DNA of 64,000 nucleotides from Felis catus (GCF_018350175.1 NC_058368.1:127412001-127476000), one strand, 5' to 3'; shown: positions 1 through 13,095, numbered from the stretch's first letter. Translations and numbers: made by a program. The notes: generated by a model not told the origin, from the sequence alone.

Positions 1-1614
1 CTATTGATTGGAGTCACCTCTCAGCAACACAAAGAAAGTTTGATAAAAGCTTTTAAAATCCTAAGCACCAAATAAGTAAGATAGTTAATCACCGTCCACA
101 GTCACTAATCCCAAATCTCCCTCAGGTTTCCTCAAAGAAGCACCTGAGATTAGCACTGTGCAGCCTCCTGTGGCAGGGCTGTTTGGCTTCTGTTTCCCAA
201 TCTCTTCTCTCAGAGTCATCTGAGTCCATCATGAAAAGGAGGCAAAGATATTTAATACCCTCCTAAATCTTGTAAATATATGTTTCAGTTGCATTTGACA
301 TAGCCCTGGTGTTTCTGTCATAAAATTATAGCATTTTTATAAATCAGACCACACAAAGTTGTTATACTTTAACGTAAAGCAAAAATCTATAGACATATGC
401 TAGGAACACTACGTTATGTCATTCTTGTTGGATGCCTGCATACACTTCTATGGCATGATGCTTCTGAAGAGTCCTCTTAATTGCTACTAAATGCAGTTTA
501 AATTCCTAGAAAGCTGACGTGCATTTCCCTTCTTCCAACCATGCAAGAAGACCCACTCCTGTCTTGCCCGACTATCACTAGAGTCTCACAACTCACCAGA
601 ATACAAAATAAGAAGTGCCCCATAGTACTTATTTACCCAGTGAGACAAACCCTAATCTTTGTTTGGCTTGGAAGTAAAAAGGTCAACAAGTGTAATGGAA
701 AGAAGCCTTCGCAATAAAATTCTCCAGCAAATATTTCTAATGGAGCTTTAAACAAGAAAAGCACATTCGTCGTGCCACTCTCTTAGCACTTAAGGATTAG
801 TGTTCTATTAAGACAAGTAATAAGACCACTTATTTAACTTGTAACCAATAAACAATGAATTTGTAATACTATTGCTCAATTCTCAACACACTATCCATAG
901 GGCGGGAGGATGACAGTCCAAGTATGAGCACTATACATGGGCTTCTATTTGAATCCAAGGATTCTGATGAATTTTTGAAGACCTCTCTAGATCTCAATTT
1001 TCCCTCCTTCTTGCTCCTCAAAAAGCAGAAGAGAGAGAGAGCACACACCTCTTTGTCCTGCCTATCCAAAGGGTGAGAGCCTTCAGAGAGATGAGCCAGA
1101 GATGAAACCAAAGCACATATCTCCTTTAAAATGTTTATTAGTCCCTGGCATTGATCTGTTGCCAACTTCTGATCTGCCCCTTTGTGGAAAAAAAAAAGAA
1201 AGAAAAGAAAAGAGAAGAAGAAAAAAAGAAGAGACCTACATGTGAAAAGGAGGAAAGAGAGACTTTGAAGAGGAAAACGGAGAACAACCTGGCAAATCCT
1301 ATCTTCTTAGCACAGTAATTCATGAGCACGGAATCTAATCCAATAGGGACTCTTACAGCAGGACAAAGGAAAGGAAGGTTTTCTGTCAACAAACACCTAG
1401 AATCTCTTACTGCAGTACTGAAAGGTGAGGTTATAAATAAAAGGAAAACAATTGGGCAAGTTGAGAAACAAGCACAACACTAATTGGGTCACCTGGAAAA
1501 AAAAAACACCACCTTCTTCCTTTGAGGTCAACGTCTTATTAATGAATCCTTCTAGAGGGCCCAGGCAAGAATGGACATACAGAACACTCACTCTCCACAT
1601 TGGCTCAGTTTGCC

Positions 1615-1622
1615 ACAACAAT

Positions 1623-1656
<34 letters not shown>

Positions 1657-1665
1657 ACGACGACA
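1615..1665. repeat. (AAC)n/(GAC)n trinucleotide microsatellite
   Basis: Direct reading: caacaataacaacaacaac...gacgacgac; explains the poly-N/poly-L ORFs. Confidence 0.95.
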
Positions 1666-4600
1666 AGAGATTGGCACATGATGCATTGAAGTGTAAGAAG
1701 GGCTACCTAGCTTCAGGCACAAAGGAAAACCACCAGGACTCTAACTTCTTTTTACAGCTTTCAAACATACATATTACAGATCTAGAGGAGCATGAATAAG
1801 CACATTTGCATTCTTTGAAAAACTATACAGTTGAATAGCTCATTTCTTTCTTGTTAAAAAGTAGAGGTGAGGTAAATGTAACAAAGTAAGAGGTGGTTAT
1901 AATGAACATTAGGTATTCAAAGAGCACCTGCTCCCTACCTATTGCAACATAAACAAATGGGTCCAAACATCAGAGCTTAGGCAGAACAAAAACTGTTGCT
2001 TTATAGCAAGGTGCACTTTTTTTGGAAATGAGAACGAGAATTTTTCCCCTAAACAAGTTGCAGGACCTACAAAATTAACCTTGAAGAAAGGCAAAGGAAT
2101 AGAAGAGAAAAAAATAAATATTTGACAAATGCCTACTACGTGCCAGACACTGTTTCTAAGACCTTTGTATTCTTAAGGTTAAAGACTATGTGAATGATTC
2201 TGTAAGAATGACAAGGACCTTATTGCTGAGGCCAGAACCTCACCACCAGGATCAGTAAGGCCATGGGTCCAAAGCTCACCCTGAGTTGGGAGCTCGGGTG
2301 ATGCATTTGGAAGGGGGCCATTAAGGTTTGCAGGCATGTCACCCAGACTCCCTCCCCAACACATTAGAGACTGAGGACGGTGGCTCTGGAAAGCAGAGAA
2401 GGAAGATACGCCACAGCGTCAGTTCTGGATGTATCTGGTACTGATAGAAAATAAGTACCTTCCCAGAGTGACAGAGGATGTCACCCACCCTTCTCTACAA
2501 CTGACTTTCAGCTAACAAGTTCAAACGTCTATAACAAACCAGCAGATGATGTTGGCAGAGCCCTAAGATACCTGGAAGCTTTCATTTGAGACACTGTCAT
2601 AAAAGCAGCTGGAAAAACCCTTAGAAATCTCTATTTTGGTATTTTTTTATGTATCCTGAGACCGGCCAAAAAATTTACCTGGAAAATATACGTTCAAAAT
2701 AAGATACATTGCAGTTTCCAAAACAAACCATGTCAGTAGACACAAAAACCTTAAAATGTGCCCTCCAGCACTGACAAAGTTTTTGCTATGAGATTTAAAT
2801 CCAATGAACCCAAAAGGTGTGGTAAAATCATGCAATTTTAAAATAATGAGCTCTGCCCTTATAATACCCTCAGCAATTACTTCCTATACACATTTAGTCA
2901 TAAACAGTAATAAGAAATGGTACATGATGTCACATGTCCTGGGACCTTAAATGCATTGCATTGAACCTTAATACACAACAAAATATCAATGTACTAAGCA
3001 AATTCTTTAAAAGTCTGAACACTTCATGACTCATGTGTTAGAATTCTATTAAATTGGTTCATTCCTGTAGAAATATCTCTAAATAGTTAAAATATTCCTT
3101 AAATGTGAGGTACCAACACATCTTAGTATTATTTTAAAACTGAGGCCACATTCTAAGTTGTCCCTTAACCTCCTTTTGGAAATTCAAAAAGAACTAAGGC
3201 CAAACAAGTTGACTTTCAGTGTCAGAAATACATGTGTGTCCATCCCCAGGGAATTTTCAAATCAAAGAAAACAAAAGAAAAGAAAAAACCTCCCTTTTTC
3301 TTTAATTTATTTGTTACATATCTGCCATTCTCAAAACTACTGTTTTTTTGTTTTTTGTTTTTTTCTCTATGAAATGTTAGCAATTGTAAACGTCCTCTTA
3401 TTTGGGGATGTTTTTATATTAATAAGTAATTTGTTATTGCATAATCATGACTTTCTCAGACAACATTTGGTTTTAAACATGTTTTACTTTTCCTCCTCAC
3501 TTGATACCAATACTTTTCTTCAAGAAAAATCCACCTCTGGCACCTGTCATGGAATTTCATAATCCTGAGTTTTATGAACTGAAGGGGGTATTGATTACTT
3601 ACCATATCCAGGAATGCCTTCTAAAGGGGAAATTATTCACATGCATCATGTTTGCAGATCTTCTGTCATTAATATTTTTCTTGTCTCATCTGTTTGTTAC
3701 ATGAAGTGATTTTCATAGATGAATTCCAACTCTCCCGTTTGAGCAGCTATCATGGGCAATTATTGCAACAAGTATTGAATTCCAAAAAAATCCCCCCCAG
3801 AAACAAATGGCAACAACAAAAGCCCTTCCAGGATTTGGAAAAAAGAAATATCACAGAGCACTGCAGGTATGGGTCCATCCATTTACGTTCCACTTGGTAG
3901 TTGACCCACTATAATAACCAGTTCAATCGCTAATCCTAAATGGTGGCAGATATTGTCCTGGTAAAATCCAACTGCCTAGAGTGTAAATTAATGCATCCTC
4001 TCGGGAAGGACTCTGGACTGTGGGAAAAAAGGAGTCAAAAGACAGTTTCTTGTTATCCTCGTTAAAGAAGTGTGAGAAGGGAAATGGAAAACTTCAGGTT
4101 GCTTTGCCATGCTGTCCTTTAGAAATGAATGTTGCTTTTTCTTCTTTCTTAGGCACATATTCATGTGTGGTCACGTTAACGCAGAGATGCCTTCTGAGAC
4201 ACGTCGGACAAAGACGTGGGCAGAGGGGCTAGAAACCATGTATCATCAAAGCCAACTTCTTTCCCAAATCTCACAATTGCTGGTTTTCAACGGTAAAAGT
4301 AGGAAGGCAAGGAGCAATTTCTGCTTTGCAAGACAGGATTACCATTAGCTACCATCATGACTTCAGAAGGTGCTGTCATGAGGAAATTCATTGCTGCCGC
4401 CTAACCCCATAATAAGGCTGTCTGCTCTCTTTAAGTGAAATGACTAAGCTATTGATCCTTTCACTGCAGAAACCCCTTTAATTTGTTATCAAAACCATGT
4501 GCGGGCTTTTCCTGTGTTGATTTGGAAAGAAAATGAATTTCACGGCTGCACGTCAGACGTTGTCTAAGAATTTCTTCCCCCGCTGTTTTTCTCTTCTCTT

Positions 4601-5289
4601 CTCTCTCTCTCTGTCTCTCTCGCTCTCTCGTTTTTATCCCAAATTCAATTCCCCAATAGGTGTCATTTACTCTGATGCGCTGACATCTTCTGAAAGATTC
4701 TCATGCCCAAGCTATACAGACCTTGCATGCTTTTAAAACACAAAGGCAACAGGCTCCTGCTGGGGTCTCCCAGCTCCGGATATCCAGCAGAACCTTTGGA
4801 ATCTTCGCAGTCGCCTTGTCTGCCCTGGGCTGTGCCGCCCGGCTGTGAGCAGCTCAGGACACTTGCAGGCTCCGTGGTACTGTACATTAACTCTGCAGCA
4901 GCCCTCTCGGCTGCAGAGAAGCTGCCTGACAAGGGATGTGCTGGCGTCAAGGGGGCCCTCTAGGTGGGTTCCCAGACACTGCAGCACGCCCTGCTCGCCT
5001 CCAAGGAAGAGGGAGCCAAAGGGGTTAAAGGAACAGTTCGCCCTAAAGAGCACATTTCTTTCAGTAAGTGATTATCAGGCAAGACAAGCTCGGCGCTAAG
5101 AAATCTGTAAATTACCTCCCAGGGAAATGACACCTTGAACAAACATACTACGAAGGGAGGGTTTTTGTTTGCCTGTTTTCATTTTTCCCTTCTTACCCAG
5201 TGAAAAGAATGGGAATAAAAGAAGTCCAGGGAAATTTGCAAATGACGGGGTTTGGTCACTTGATCTTCTTTAAAAATAAAAAATAAAAA

Positions 5290-5335
5290 AATATATATAT
5301 ACACATATATACATATATATATGTATGTGTATATG

Positions 5336-5380
<45 letters not shown>
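5290..5380. repeat. Compound (TA)n/(CA)n microsatellite
   Basis: Direct reading. Confidence 0.95.
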
Positions 5381-6266
5381 TGGGCTAGGAGTGTCTTGCC
5401 AACTTTACTGATTTGTAACCATTTAGCTACAGATGACCGGGGGTAATTTTTGGACAGGAAATCCTGTGGAAGCCAGTTCTGCAGAAGTCGGTTATAAGCA
5501 ATTGCGCATGTCATAAAGCTGCTTGTTTGATTAGGGGGTGTGTGGATTTGAGGAGTGCTGAGATAAAGCATTGCAATGCCTCCGGTTAATATTTCCTCAA
5601 GCTTACCCTTTGTTGCAAAAATTCTTCAACAATCCCCTGAAAGCACCCCATCACTGTTGATGCCATTTTGGAACAAGAATAAAATAGTAAACTCTTGTAA
5701 TAGTAGGTTGGCACTTAAATGGTGTTTGTTGAAGATCAGTGAAAGAATGGACCTTACAAGGAGCAGTGTACTCAATATAAATGTATCAGTTTTATCTTAG
5801 GCATTTTATAAAGCTGTTATGTAATTGCTTAATATTAAATGGAATATTGGCAACATTTAATACATCATGCCATTAGCTTCAGTTAGGATTTCCCTAGTGA
5901 GGCCCTGTCATCACAGAAAATATTACCCAGAGTTGAGGGAAGCAGGGAGATATTTCCCACAAATTCAAAACCAGGTATAAATTTAGTCTTGAAAACTGCC
6001 ATGATTTTGTGGAGCTTTAATTTTGATCAAATGCTGATCCTAACGGAAGTATTCCTGGGATGAGGAAGAACTGAGTGGTTCCTTTAAAAGCAATTTGAAC
6101 TTATAGGTTCAGATGGCACCACAGCTTGAAAGAAACTTGAGAATATATTTGGGGATTTCTTGTACCTATGCAGTGTCTTCATGACCTCCTTTTCTAAAAG
6201 GAATAAATCTCTTCCATTAGGTCATTTGTGATCTGAAACAGAAAACTTCCATCTGAACTGTTTTTT

Positions 6267-6288
6267 GTTTGTTTTTTAATTTTAATTT

Positions 6289-6335
<47 letters not shown>

Positions 6336-6526
6336 TTTTTGAGACAGAGAGAGACAGAGCATGAGCAGGGGAGGGGCAGAGAGAGGGAGAGACACAGAAT
6401 CTGAAGCGGGCTTCAGGGTCTGAGCTGTCAGCACAGAGCCCGGCACGGGGCTCAGACTCACGGAGCGTGAGATCATGGCCTGAGCTGAAGTCGGACGCTC
6501 AACCGACTGAGCCACCCAGGCGCCCC
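6267..6526 (-). mobile_element. CAN-SINE (SINEC, felid type) with (TAAA)n tail
   Basis: Reverse complement begins ggggcgcctgggtggctcagtcggttgagcgtccgacttcagctcagg; (CT)n linker; A-rich tail. Confidence 0.95.
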
Positions 6527-6751
6527 TTGTTTTTTTTTTTTTTTTAATGTTTATTCATTTATTTTGAGAGAGAGCATGTGTGGGGGTGGGGAGGGGAGAG
6601 CAAAAAAGAGAGAGGAAGAGAGAGAATTCCAAGCAGGCCCTGCACTGTCAGTGCAGAGCCTAACACAGGGCTCTATCTCAGGAACCATGAGATCATGACC
6701 TGAGGTGAAATCAAGAGTCCAACACTTAACCAACTGAGCTACCAGGTTCCC
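6527..6751 (-). mobile_element. Older CAN-SINE (SINEC)
   Basis: tRNA-derived head (...ttggttaagtgttggactcttgatttcacctcagg on the minus strand), CT-rich linker, A tail. Confidence 0.9.
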
Positions 6752-6914
6752 CCATCTAAAGTGTTTTTGATAAGCTTTGAATGCTGTGAATCAAGTGTCA
6801 CAGAGTAATTCAAAATTTGATATTATATGAGATATTTAAATATTACTATTTCAGAACAAGGAAAATTTATGATGCCCTCCCTGCCCCTGCCCTGGGGCCC
6901 TGTATTACAGGCTT

Positions 6915-7100
6915 CACCGCATTATTTCATTTAATCCTCACAACCCTATTAGGTAAGGACTATTATTAGCCCCATTCCACAGATGAGGAAATTGAGGCAC
7001 TGTGATATTAAGTAGTATGCCTAAGGTCAAACATCTAGTAAGAGTCATAATTTGAACCAAGAAAGTTGGGCTCCAGAGCCTGCATGAATTACCACTATAT
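6915..7100 (-). mobile_element. MIR
   Basis: Core cccattccacagatgaggaaattgaggcac and atttaatcctcacaacccta match the MIR reverse complement. Confidence 0.85.
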
Positions 7101-8009
7101 TAGGGCCTCTATAATAATAATAATACCACTGCATTAGTGTTAATGCTTCCAAATTTTTTTTTTGTAGGTATTATTTTAGCCTCACAGAATCATGCTGAGG
7201 AGAGTACGATATTTTTGTGAACAATTTTGGAGATGAGTCTCCAAAAGGATAGTGTCTCTTCCTAATCACATATCATGTTAGCAGTAGATCTGGAAGGGAA
7301 TTCAGATAGACAGGTCAGTGTTTTGTTTTGTTTTGTTTTGTTTTGTTTTGTTTGATAATGATGATGATGACGGTGATATGATGATGAACATTAATTTCAA
7401 ACTAATACTTAATCCTCACTCTATGTAAAAGTAGGTCTCTGTGGAAAGGGGTCAGTACAGTATGTAAAAAATCATGCAGAAATTGATTTTTCCTTATAAT
7501 AGATAACATCTATTTGAAATTTCTTTATTTTTTTTTTAGTTCATCCTACTGTACTCTGTTCATATGCCAGAGGAATGCCCATGAGCTACAGGATATCCCA
7601 AATATCCCTGAATCTTTCTCAATTACCACACAGTTAAACACTCTCTACTTGTTAGTTATGTTTCCATTTGTGGGCAATGGTATACGCAAAGAACTTTAGA
7701 AATAAAAAACACTCATACGATTTACCCATCAGATTACTACAGGACATGGAAACTTAAAATATATGTAAACCAAGAGGAGACGTCAACTGAATGTTTTTCA
7801 AGTGGATTTTTCTGGGCTTTTTATTTCTATTTTTACAAACACAATTCTCTAGAATAAGGTATAGCAAATTAGAATGAAAAGGCACACAGCTGAGAAGCTA
7901 TGATAAATAGTAGAAAAGCCAAATTTCTGCTTGAGGGATAACAAAGAAAAAAATGTAATTTATTTCACAGTTCAGAGAACTAAGACTATACATTAATAAA
8001 CAACCCTAA

Positions 8010-8251
8010 GGGGCGCCTGGGTGGCGCAGTCGGTTAAGCGTCCGACTTCAGCCAGGTCACGATCTCGCGGCCCGTGAGTTCGAGCCCCGCGTCAGGCTCT
8101 GGGCTGATGGCTCGGAGCCTGGAGCCTGTTTCCGATTCTGTGTCTCCCTCTCTCTCTGCCCCTCCCCCGTTCATGCTCTGTCTCTCTCTGTCCCAAAAAT
8201 AAATAAAAACGTTGAAGAAAAAAAAAAATTTAAAAAAAAGATAAAAAAAAA
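8010..8251 (+). mobile_element. Young cat SINEC_Fc-type element with perfect 15-bp TSD
   Basis: ggggcgcctgggtggcgcagtcggttaagcgtccgacttcagccaggtcacg...; CpGs intact; TSD aataaacaaccctaa at 7995-8009 and 8252-8266. Confidence 0.97.
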
Positions 8252-8727
8252 AATAAACAACCCTAAATTGAGAATTTTGAAAACTCAAGGTAATATATAT
8301 GGCAAAATGGACTTGCTTAGAGGATAGTAATAGCTTATTTCCAGCATTTTTTATTCTATGTATATTAGAAACAGGGTCTTCATAGCTAGAACTACTATTT
8401 TACAAATACTTCACAAGATGCACTATTTTACAAACGTGTAGCTTTCAAGAAACAACATATGGGCAGAACTAATAGGTTTGTAATTTAAAAACAGATTTTC
8501 ACCAATGAATAACACTGATAGACTAGAGTAATCAAAATCTGTTTTTTTCCCTACTAAAACATAGCCTTCCTTTCATAGAACTTCTAAGAAATACGAGGAC
8601 ATACATAGAAGACGACTTTTATGGCTGATCCCAGTCTCCTAAAGGAGTTCAGGGCATCATAGATTGGCACAAACTTGGTTAGATCCTTACAGCATTGGTG
8701 CAGGCTTAGCTTTACTGGCACAAAGGC

Positions 8728-8732
<5 letters not shown>

Positions 8733-8773
<41 letters not shown>

Positions 8774-8795
8774 GTCTCCCTCTCTCTCACTCTCT
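8733..8795. repeat. (TC)n microsatellite
   Basis: Direct reading. Confidence 0.95.
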
Positions 8796-10049
8796 TTTAA
8801 TCTTAATCCCACAGCAAACACAAGAGTAATCAGCCTTTCAGGGAATGACTCACATTAACCATCCTCATATGAGGCTGATGTAAGAACAAATAAAAAAATG
8901 TCAATTTATTGATGAAGTGTAAACTACAAACTCAGTATAAACCACAATACTCTAATCAGCATTTTCATGAAAGATTGTTCACTGCACTCAGAATCAGAGA
9001 AGTATTTACTAGTTAGAGTCCCCATTCTCTTTTCCAATAATTACAGTCCTCTCCTACCCTGGCTAGGGTATGATGCTTGCAAGGGTGATGGTTTTTGAAC
9101 TAAATTCCTGGGAGCCCTGTGGTTTTGCAAATTCATGGCAAAACAGGGCATAGGGGAGGCCAGGTTTCAACCAGAGCCCCTTTGCTTCTATCTGTTTTGT
9201 TTCAAGGTTTGGTTTGTTAAAGAGAATCTGGTCCTTAAAAAACGTTTACAAAAACATAATGGGGTAAGGACACAAAATCAACACTTTCTAAGAAAATTCT
9301 TATCTTTCTATTGCCAGTTTCAAGACTCCATTCTCTTGAGACCCCTTCAAATGATAGGCTTCCCTGACAATGAGAATAACACAAAAGATTAAGTTTGACC
9401 TTTATGCTAATACAAGCTTAGCATAATACAGACACACCCTAGTTTCTGAACTTGGGTGTTTCTTAAACTCTCCAGTCACTTATCTAATAGGGAGGGTGTA
9501 ATGACTTGCCTCACTGATTTCCCTGAGTTTCATTTTCAGAATGTAACTGTATTTTCAGTTGCTAAAGTATATCTATCTGTCACCATCACACTCTGCTGTA
9601 CCTGTTGGCTAATATCAATGACCACTTCTTAATTAACCTAGTTGAAATAAAACAACTCTAGATTTATATATGAAATGTCAAGGGCCCAAAAGGTGATCTC
9701 TTATTAATCTTTTATGAATACTAATTATTAGTTCAGATATTTCAGGAAAGTGTCCCTTTTTTTCAGAAATCTGCATAACTTTTGTCTCTTAGTTGTCAAA
9801 TGAAAAACAAAATGATCCCTCTATTCTACATATGGATTTTGTATAAAAATATGTACATATGTAAATACCTCTATAAACTCTTTTCAAGCACATTCTCTAT
9901 ATTTGTAGTATAAATATATTATATCTTAGGAAATAGAAGCTACAGTCATTGGATATCTTGGGGGATATGACTTTTTCACCTAACATCAGAAAAATAATAT
10001 ATTTTTTAAATTGTCCAATAAAAATGAAATTTATGTGTACTTCTTAAAT

Positions 10050-10175
<126 letters not shown>

Positions 10176-10989
10176 GTGAGAGTGGCATTCCAATACACAG
10201 AATGACATGCATGATTATTGCACATTCTCCACCTCTACCTCCCAGTAGAGAAAACATTCAAGACCAAATTCTGTCTCCCACCCTTACAGAAAACCAATCC
10301 CTCTGGAAAGAAACAGCATCTTCCTCTGTGTATTTATAACACCAAAAACATAGCTGGCACTCAGTAAATGTTAACTAATGACCATGTTGATAGTGATGAC
10401 TTCCCACTTCTGGCAAGTTGTAGCAAAGTCTGAAGGCATTTATAACTTCAGCACATTTATAACTGGAATAAGAGGAGCTCTTCATGAAGCTATGGTTTTG
10501 ATTGCTAAGTCAGGGAACTGTGGCATGTTTTAGCAAGTTGCTGGCGCATCCGATTTCTACGTATTCTACAACCAAGGATATAGCCACTCATTGAAAAGTG
10601 GGAACAAAAAAATCATGAAACACCTATTTTGATCAACTAAATGCAACAGTTGCTTTGGTAGAAATATTCACGATTTAACTAACACAAATCATTTTGAATC
10701 ACATAGCCATCATCTTCTCATCTTAAATGATAAATAAATATATTTATAGGGAAAAAATTCTCATATCATCAAACACAACACATTTCCTAATTGGAGTATT
10801 TAGAATGCTTGCTAAATTCCACTCAATATTTTTGGAAGTAGAAGAATTAGGATACCTAATGCTAGAATACAAAGAAAGCACTTAATATTTGTTATTCAAA
10901 AATCAAATGTGAAAAAAAATCCACAGCAACTTTGAAAAGAAAAGTTGAATTTGCATTCTGTCTTCAGGTCTCAAAACATGAGCCCTTAA

Positions 10990-11140
10990 TTTCAGGTTTT
11001 GCTTTTTACTTTTTGTGTAATTTTGAACAACTCACAAAACCTCTGTGAGACTCAATTTCCTTATCTGTAACATAGAAATAATAGCAAATTCATAGGCTAT
11101 TGTAATTTTTAACTTACTCAGGTAAATTACAGAAAAATGC
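10990..11140 (+). mobile_element. MIR fragment
   Basis: aacctctgtgagactcaatttccttatctgtaacatagaaataatag resembles the MIR core. Confidence 0.7.
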
Positions 11141-11399
11141 TTTGTAATGAGAAGAGAGCTTTTTAAATGCTGTTCACATCTACTTTAAATTCAATCATTA
11201 GAAAATGTAATAAAATATGGACGCTTTACTGGGTCTGCAACTTACTTAAATTGAAATGGAAAAAAAATAGAAAGAAAACAATGAGATCATATTGGAAGTG
11301 ACTTATGAAATGGAATTATATTTTATTTCTACCTTTAACTTTTCTAAAGGCTTTATATCATATTTGTTTCAAAATTCAAAGGAGAGCTTTAACATATAC

Positions 11400-11790
11400 C
11401 CATGTTTAAGAGATATTATAGATTCCAAAGAATGACTTGGAAAAATACCTGAAATATTAGTTAAAAAAAACCAAAAAACAAAAAACAAAAAATAAAAACC
11501 AAACTCAGGTTTTCAGAATAATATCTTTAATATGAATTGTTTGATACAGTTAAAATAATTTTAAATATACAGGTATAAATAAATATAGATTTATGCCAAT
11601 GTAGAAGAAATGAACCAGAAGGATATATACCAAACTACTGGCAAACTAATTACCTCTGAGATAGGGAAGTCAGAGTGAGCCTCATTAAAAACTGATTTTA
11701 CTTTTTACTTTACATGTTTTTAAATTAATTAATCTTCTCAGTGAGAATACTTCCATGTAATATTTGCATAATGAAAACACCAACGAAGAG
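11400..11790 (+). mobile_element. Ancient L1 (L1ME-like) 3' fragment
   Basis: ggatatataccaaacta...ttacctctgagataggga...tttttactttacatg resembles an L1ME 3' UTR. Confidence 0.45.
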
Positions 11791-12280
11791 AAAAAAAATG
11801 TTTAGTATTAATTAAGGAAGACTACTCATTTGTAGCTGATATATATGTATTGGAATATAAAACCCAAGTTTCTAATATTTGTCAGACAGAATCTCTGATA
11901 GACTTGAGAATCCAACTTCAAAACTCGGAGCTAAACAGTCAAATTCAAAATTTATATTCAAGAATTCAAATATACCACCAGTATTATTCGGTGAATCAAT
12001 GCTAAGTGTTAAAAACAGAAATAAATAACTGATTCATTCTTTTCCCATATTGAAGGGAACACTGCAGCTGGGGCCAGAAGCAACACGCGTTCAGAGTTAG
12101 AACTATCAACACTAAAGCCATGTCTACCTGCACAACGAAACTTAAGATTATACATCTTGATAATAGTTCATGTTTAGTTTACTCCAGCTCAAATATGTGA
12201 GTATGTTCAAACACTAACTTCGTAATTTTGATCCACCTTTGTGTCTGCTGGCATATTTATTTTAGAAAACTTTAGGTAGT

Positions 12281-12483
12281 GGGGCACCTGGGGGGCTCAG
12301 TGGTTTAAGCGTCTGACTTCAGCTCAGGTTGTGATCTCACAGTTCCTGGGTTGGAGCCCCACCTCGGGCTCTGTGCTGACAGCTCAGAGCCTGGAGCCTG
12401 CGTCAGATTCTGTCTTTCTTTCTCTCTACCCCTCCCCTACTCATGCTCTGTCTCTCTCTCCAAAATAAATAAACATTAAAAAT
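12281..12483 (+). mobile_element. CAN-SINE (SINEC)
   Basis: ggggcacctggggggctcagtggtttaagcgtctgacttcagctcagg...ctgacagctcagagcctggagcctg...aaataaataaac. Confidence 0.95.
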
Positions 12484-12799
12484 ATATTTTTTGTGTGTGT
12501 GTGTATCTATCTATCTATCTATCTCCTCAACCTAATTTATTGTTCTTTAATACTCTAGCAATGAATCACCATCAATCCCGGGTTTTAGTAATTTTTAGTT
12601 GTATTTTTGGAAGGTATATTTTCATAGTCATTTTAATAGGAAGTTAGAGGCTACATCAAAGTGTGCAGGCCAGATGCAATTTAAAAGGAAGACCTCAACT
12701 GATGCTCCCAATATACATACACATGTACACTCACACAACACTTAAAAGAATAAATAAAAGCAACTGTAACTGTGATATTTATAAAATAACTGTAGTTAT

Positions 12800-12838
<39 letters not shown>

Positions 12839-12964
12839 GCATATATACACACACACACATACACACATATTATTTCAACATCTTGTATTCATCCATCTAT
12901 ATGGAGACATTAATATTTCATTTTGTATTCCAGTTATCATTAAAATAGATGGCTAAAGATTATC

Positions 12965-13095
12965 ATTAAAATGTAAACTCCACAGGGGGCCTGGGATTAT
13001 TTTTTTTCTTTCTTTTTATGGTCTGTTTTGTCCTTGCTATATCCCCAGTGTCTCACATAGTGTCTGGTATACAGTAAGTGCTCAGTGAAATAATG
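12965..13095 (+). mobile_element. L2 3' end fragment
   Basis: atgtaaactccacagggg...tatccccagtgtctcacatagtgtctggtatacagtaagtgctcagtgaaata. Confidence 0.7.

Larger units (their letters stand above)
1..5600. promoter_or_regulatory. Putative promoter / non-coding 5' exon region of an unidentified gene
   Basis: No SINEC/L1 in 5.6 kb; about 29 CpGs counted by eye in 4141-5160 against a CpG-depleted background; CRE-like CTGACGTGCA at 514-523 (+) and 4547-4556 (-); CCAAT near 1340; several canonical splice-like sites. No coding exon recognised. Confidence 0.5.

Noticed and set aside
1568..1600. Minus-strand ATGTGGAGAGTG (MWRV...) resembling the GABRB2 start
   Set aside because: Similarity ends after four codons (MWRVSVL vs MWRVRKR)
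4950..4968. CTCF-like sequence gggccctctaggtggg (also cttctagagggccc near 1549 and ctgtagagggca near 17746)
   Set aside because: Each has 2-3 mismatches or an indel in the core motif; not supportable without a PWM score or ChIP data
1..5600. Naming the gene for the promoter-like region (the layout recalls genes with clustered non-coding first exons beside a gene desert, e.g. LMO3)
   Set aside because: No coding exon or sequence I can positively match is present; the resemblance is architectural only and needs BLAT
8010..8090. tRNA-like A/B boxes in SINE heads
   Set aside because: These are the tRNA-derived heads of CAN-SINEs, not tRNA genes
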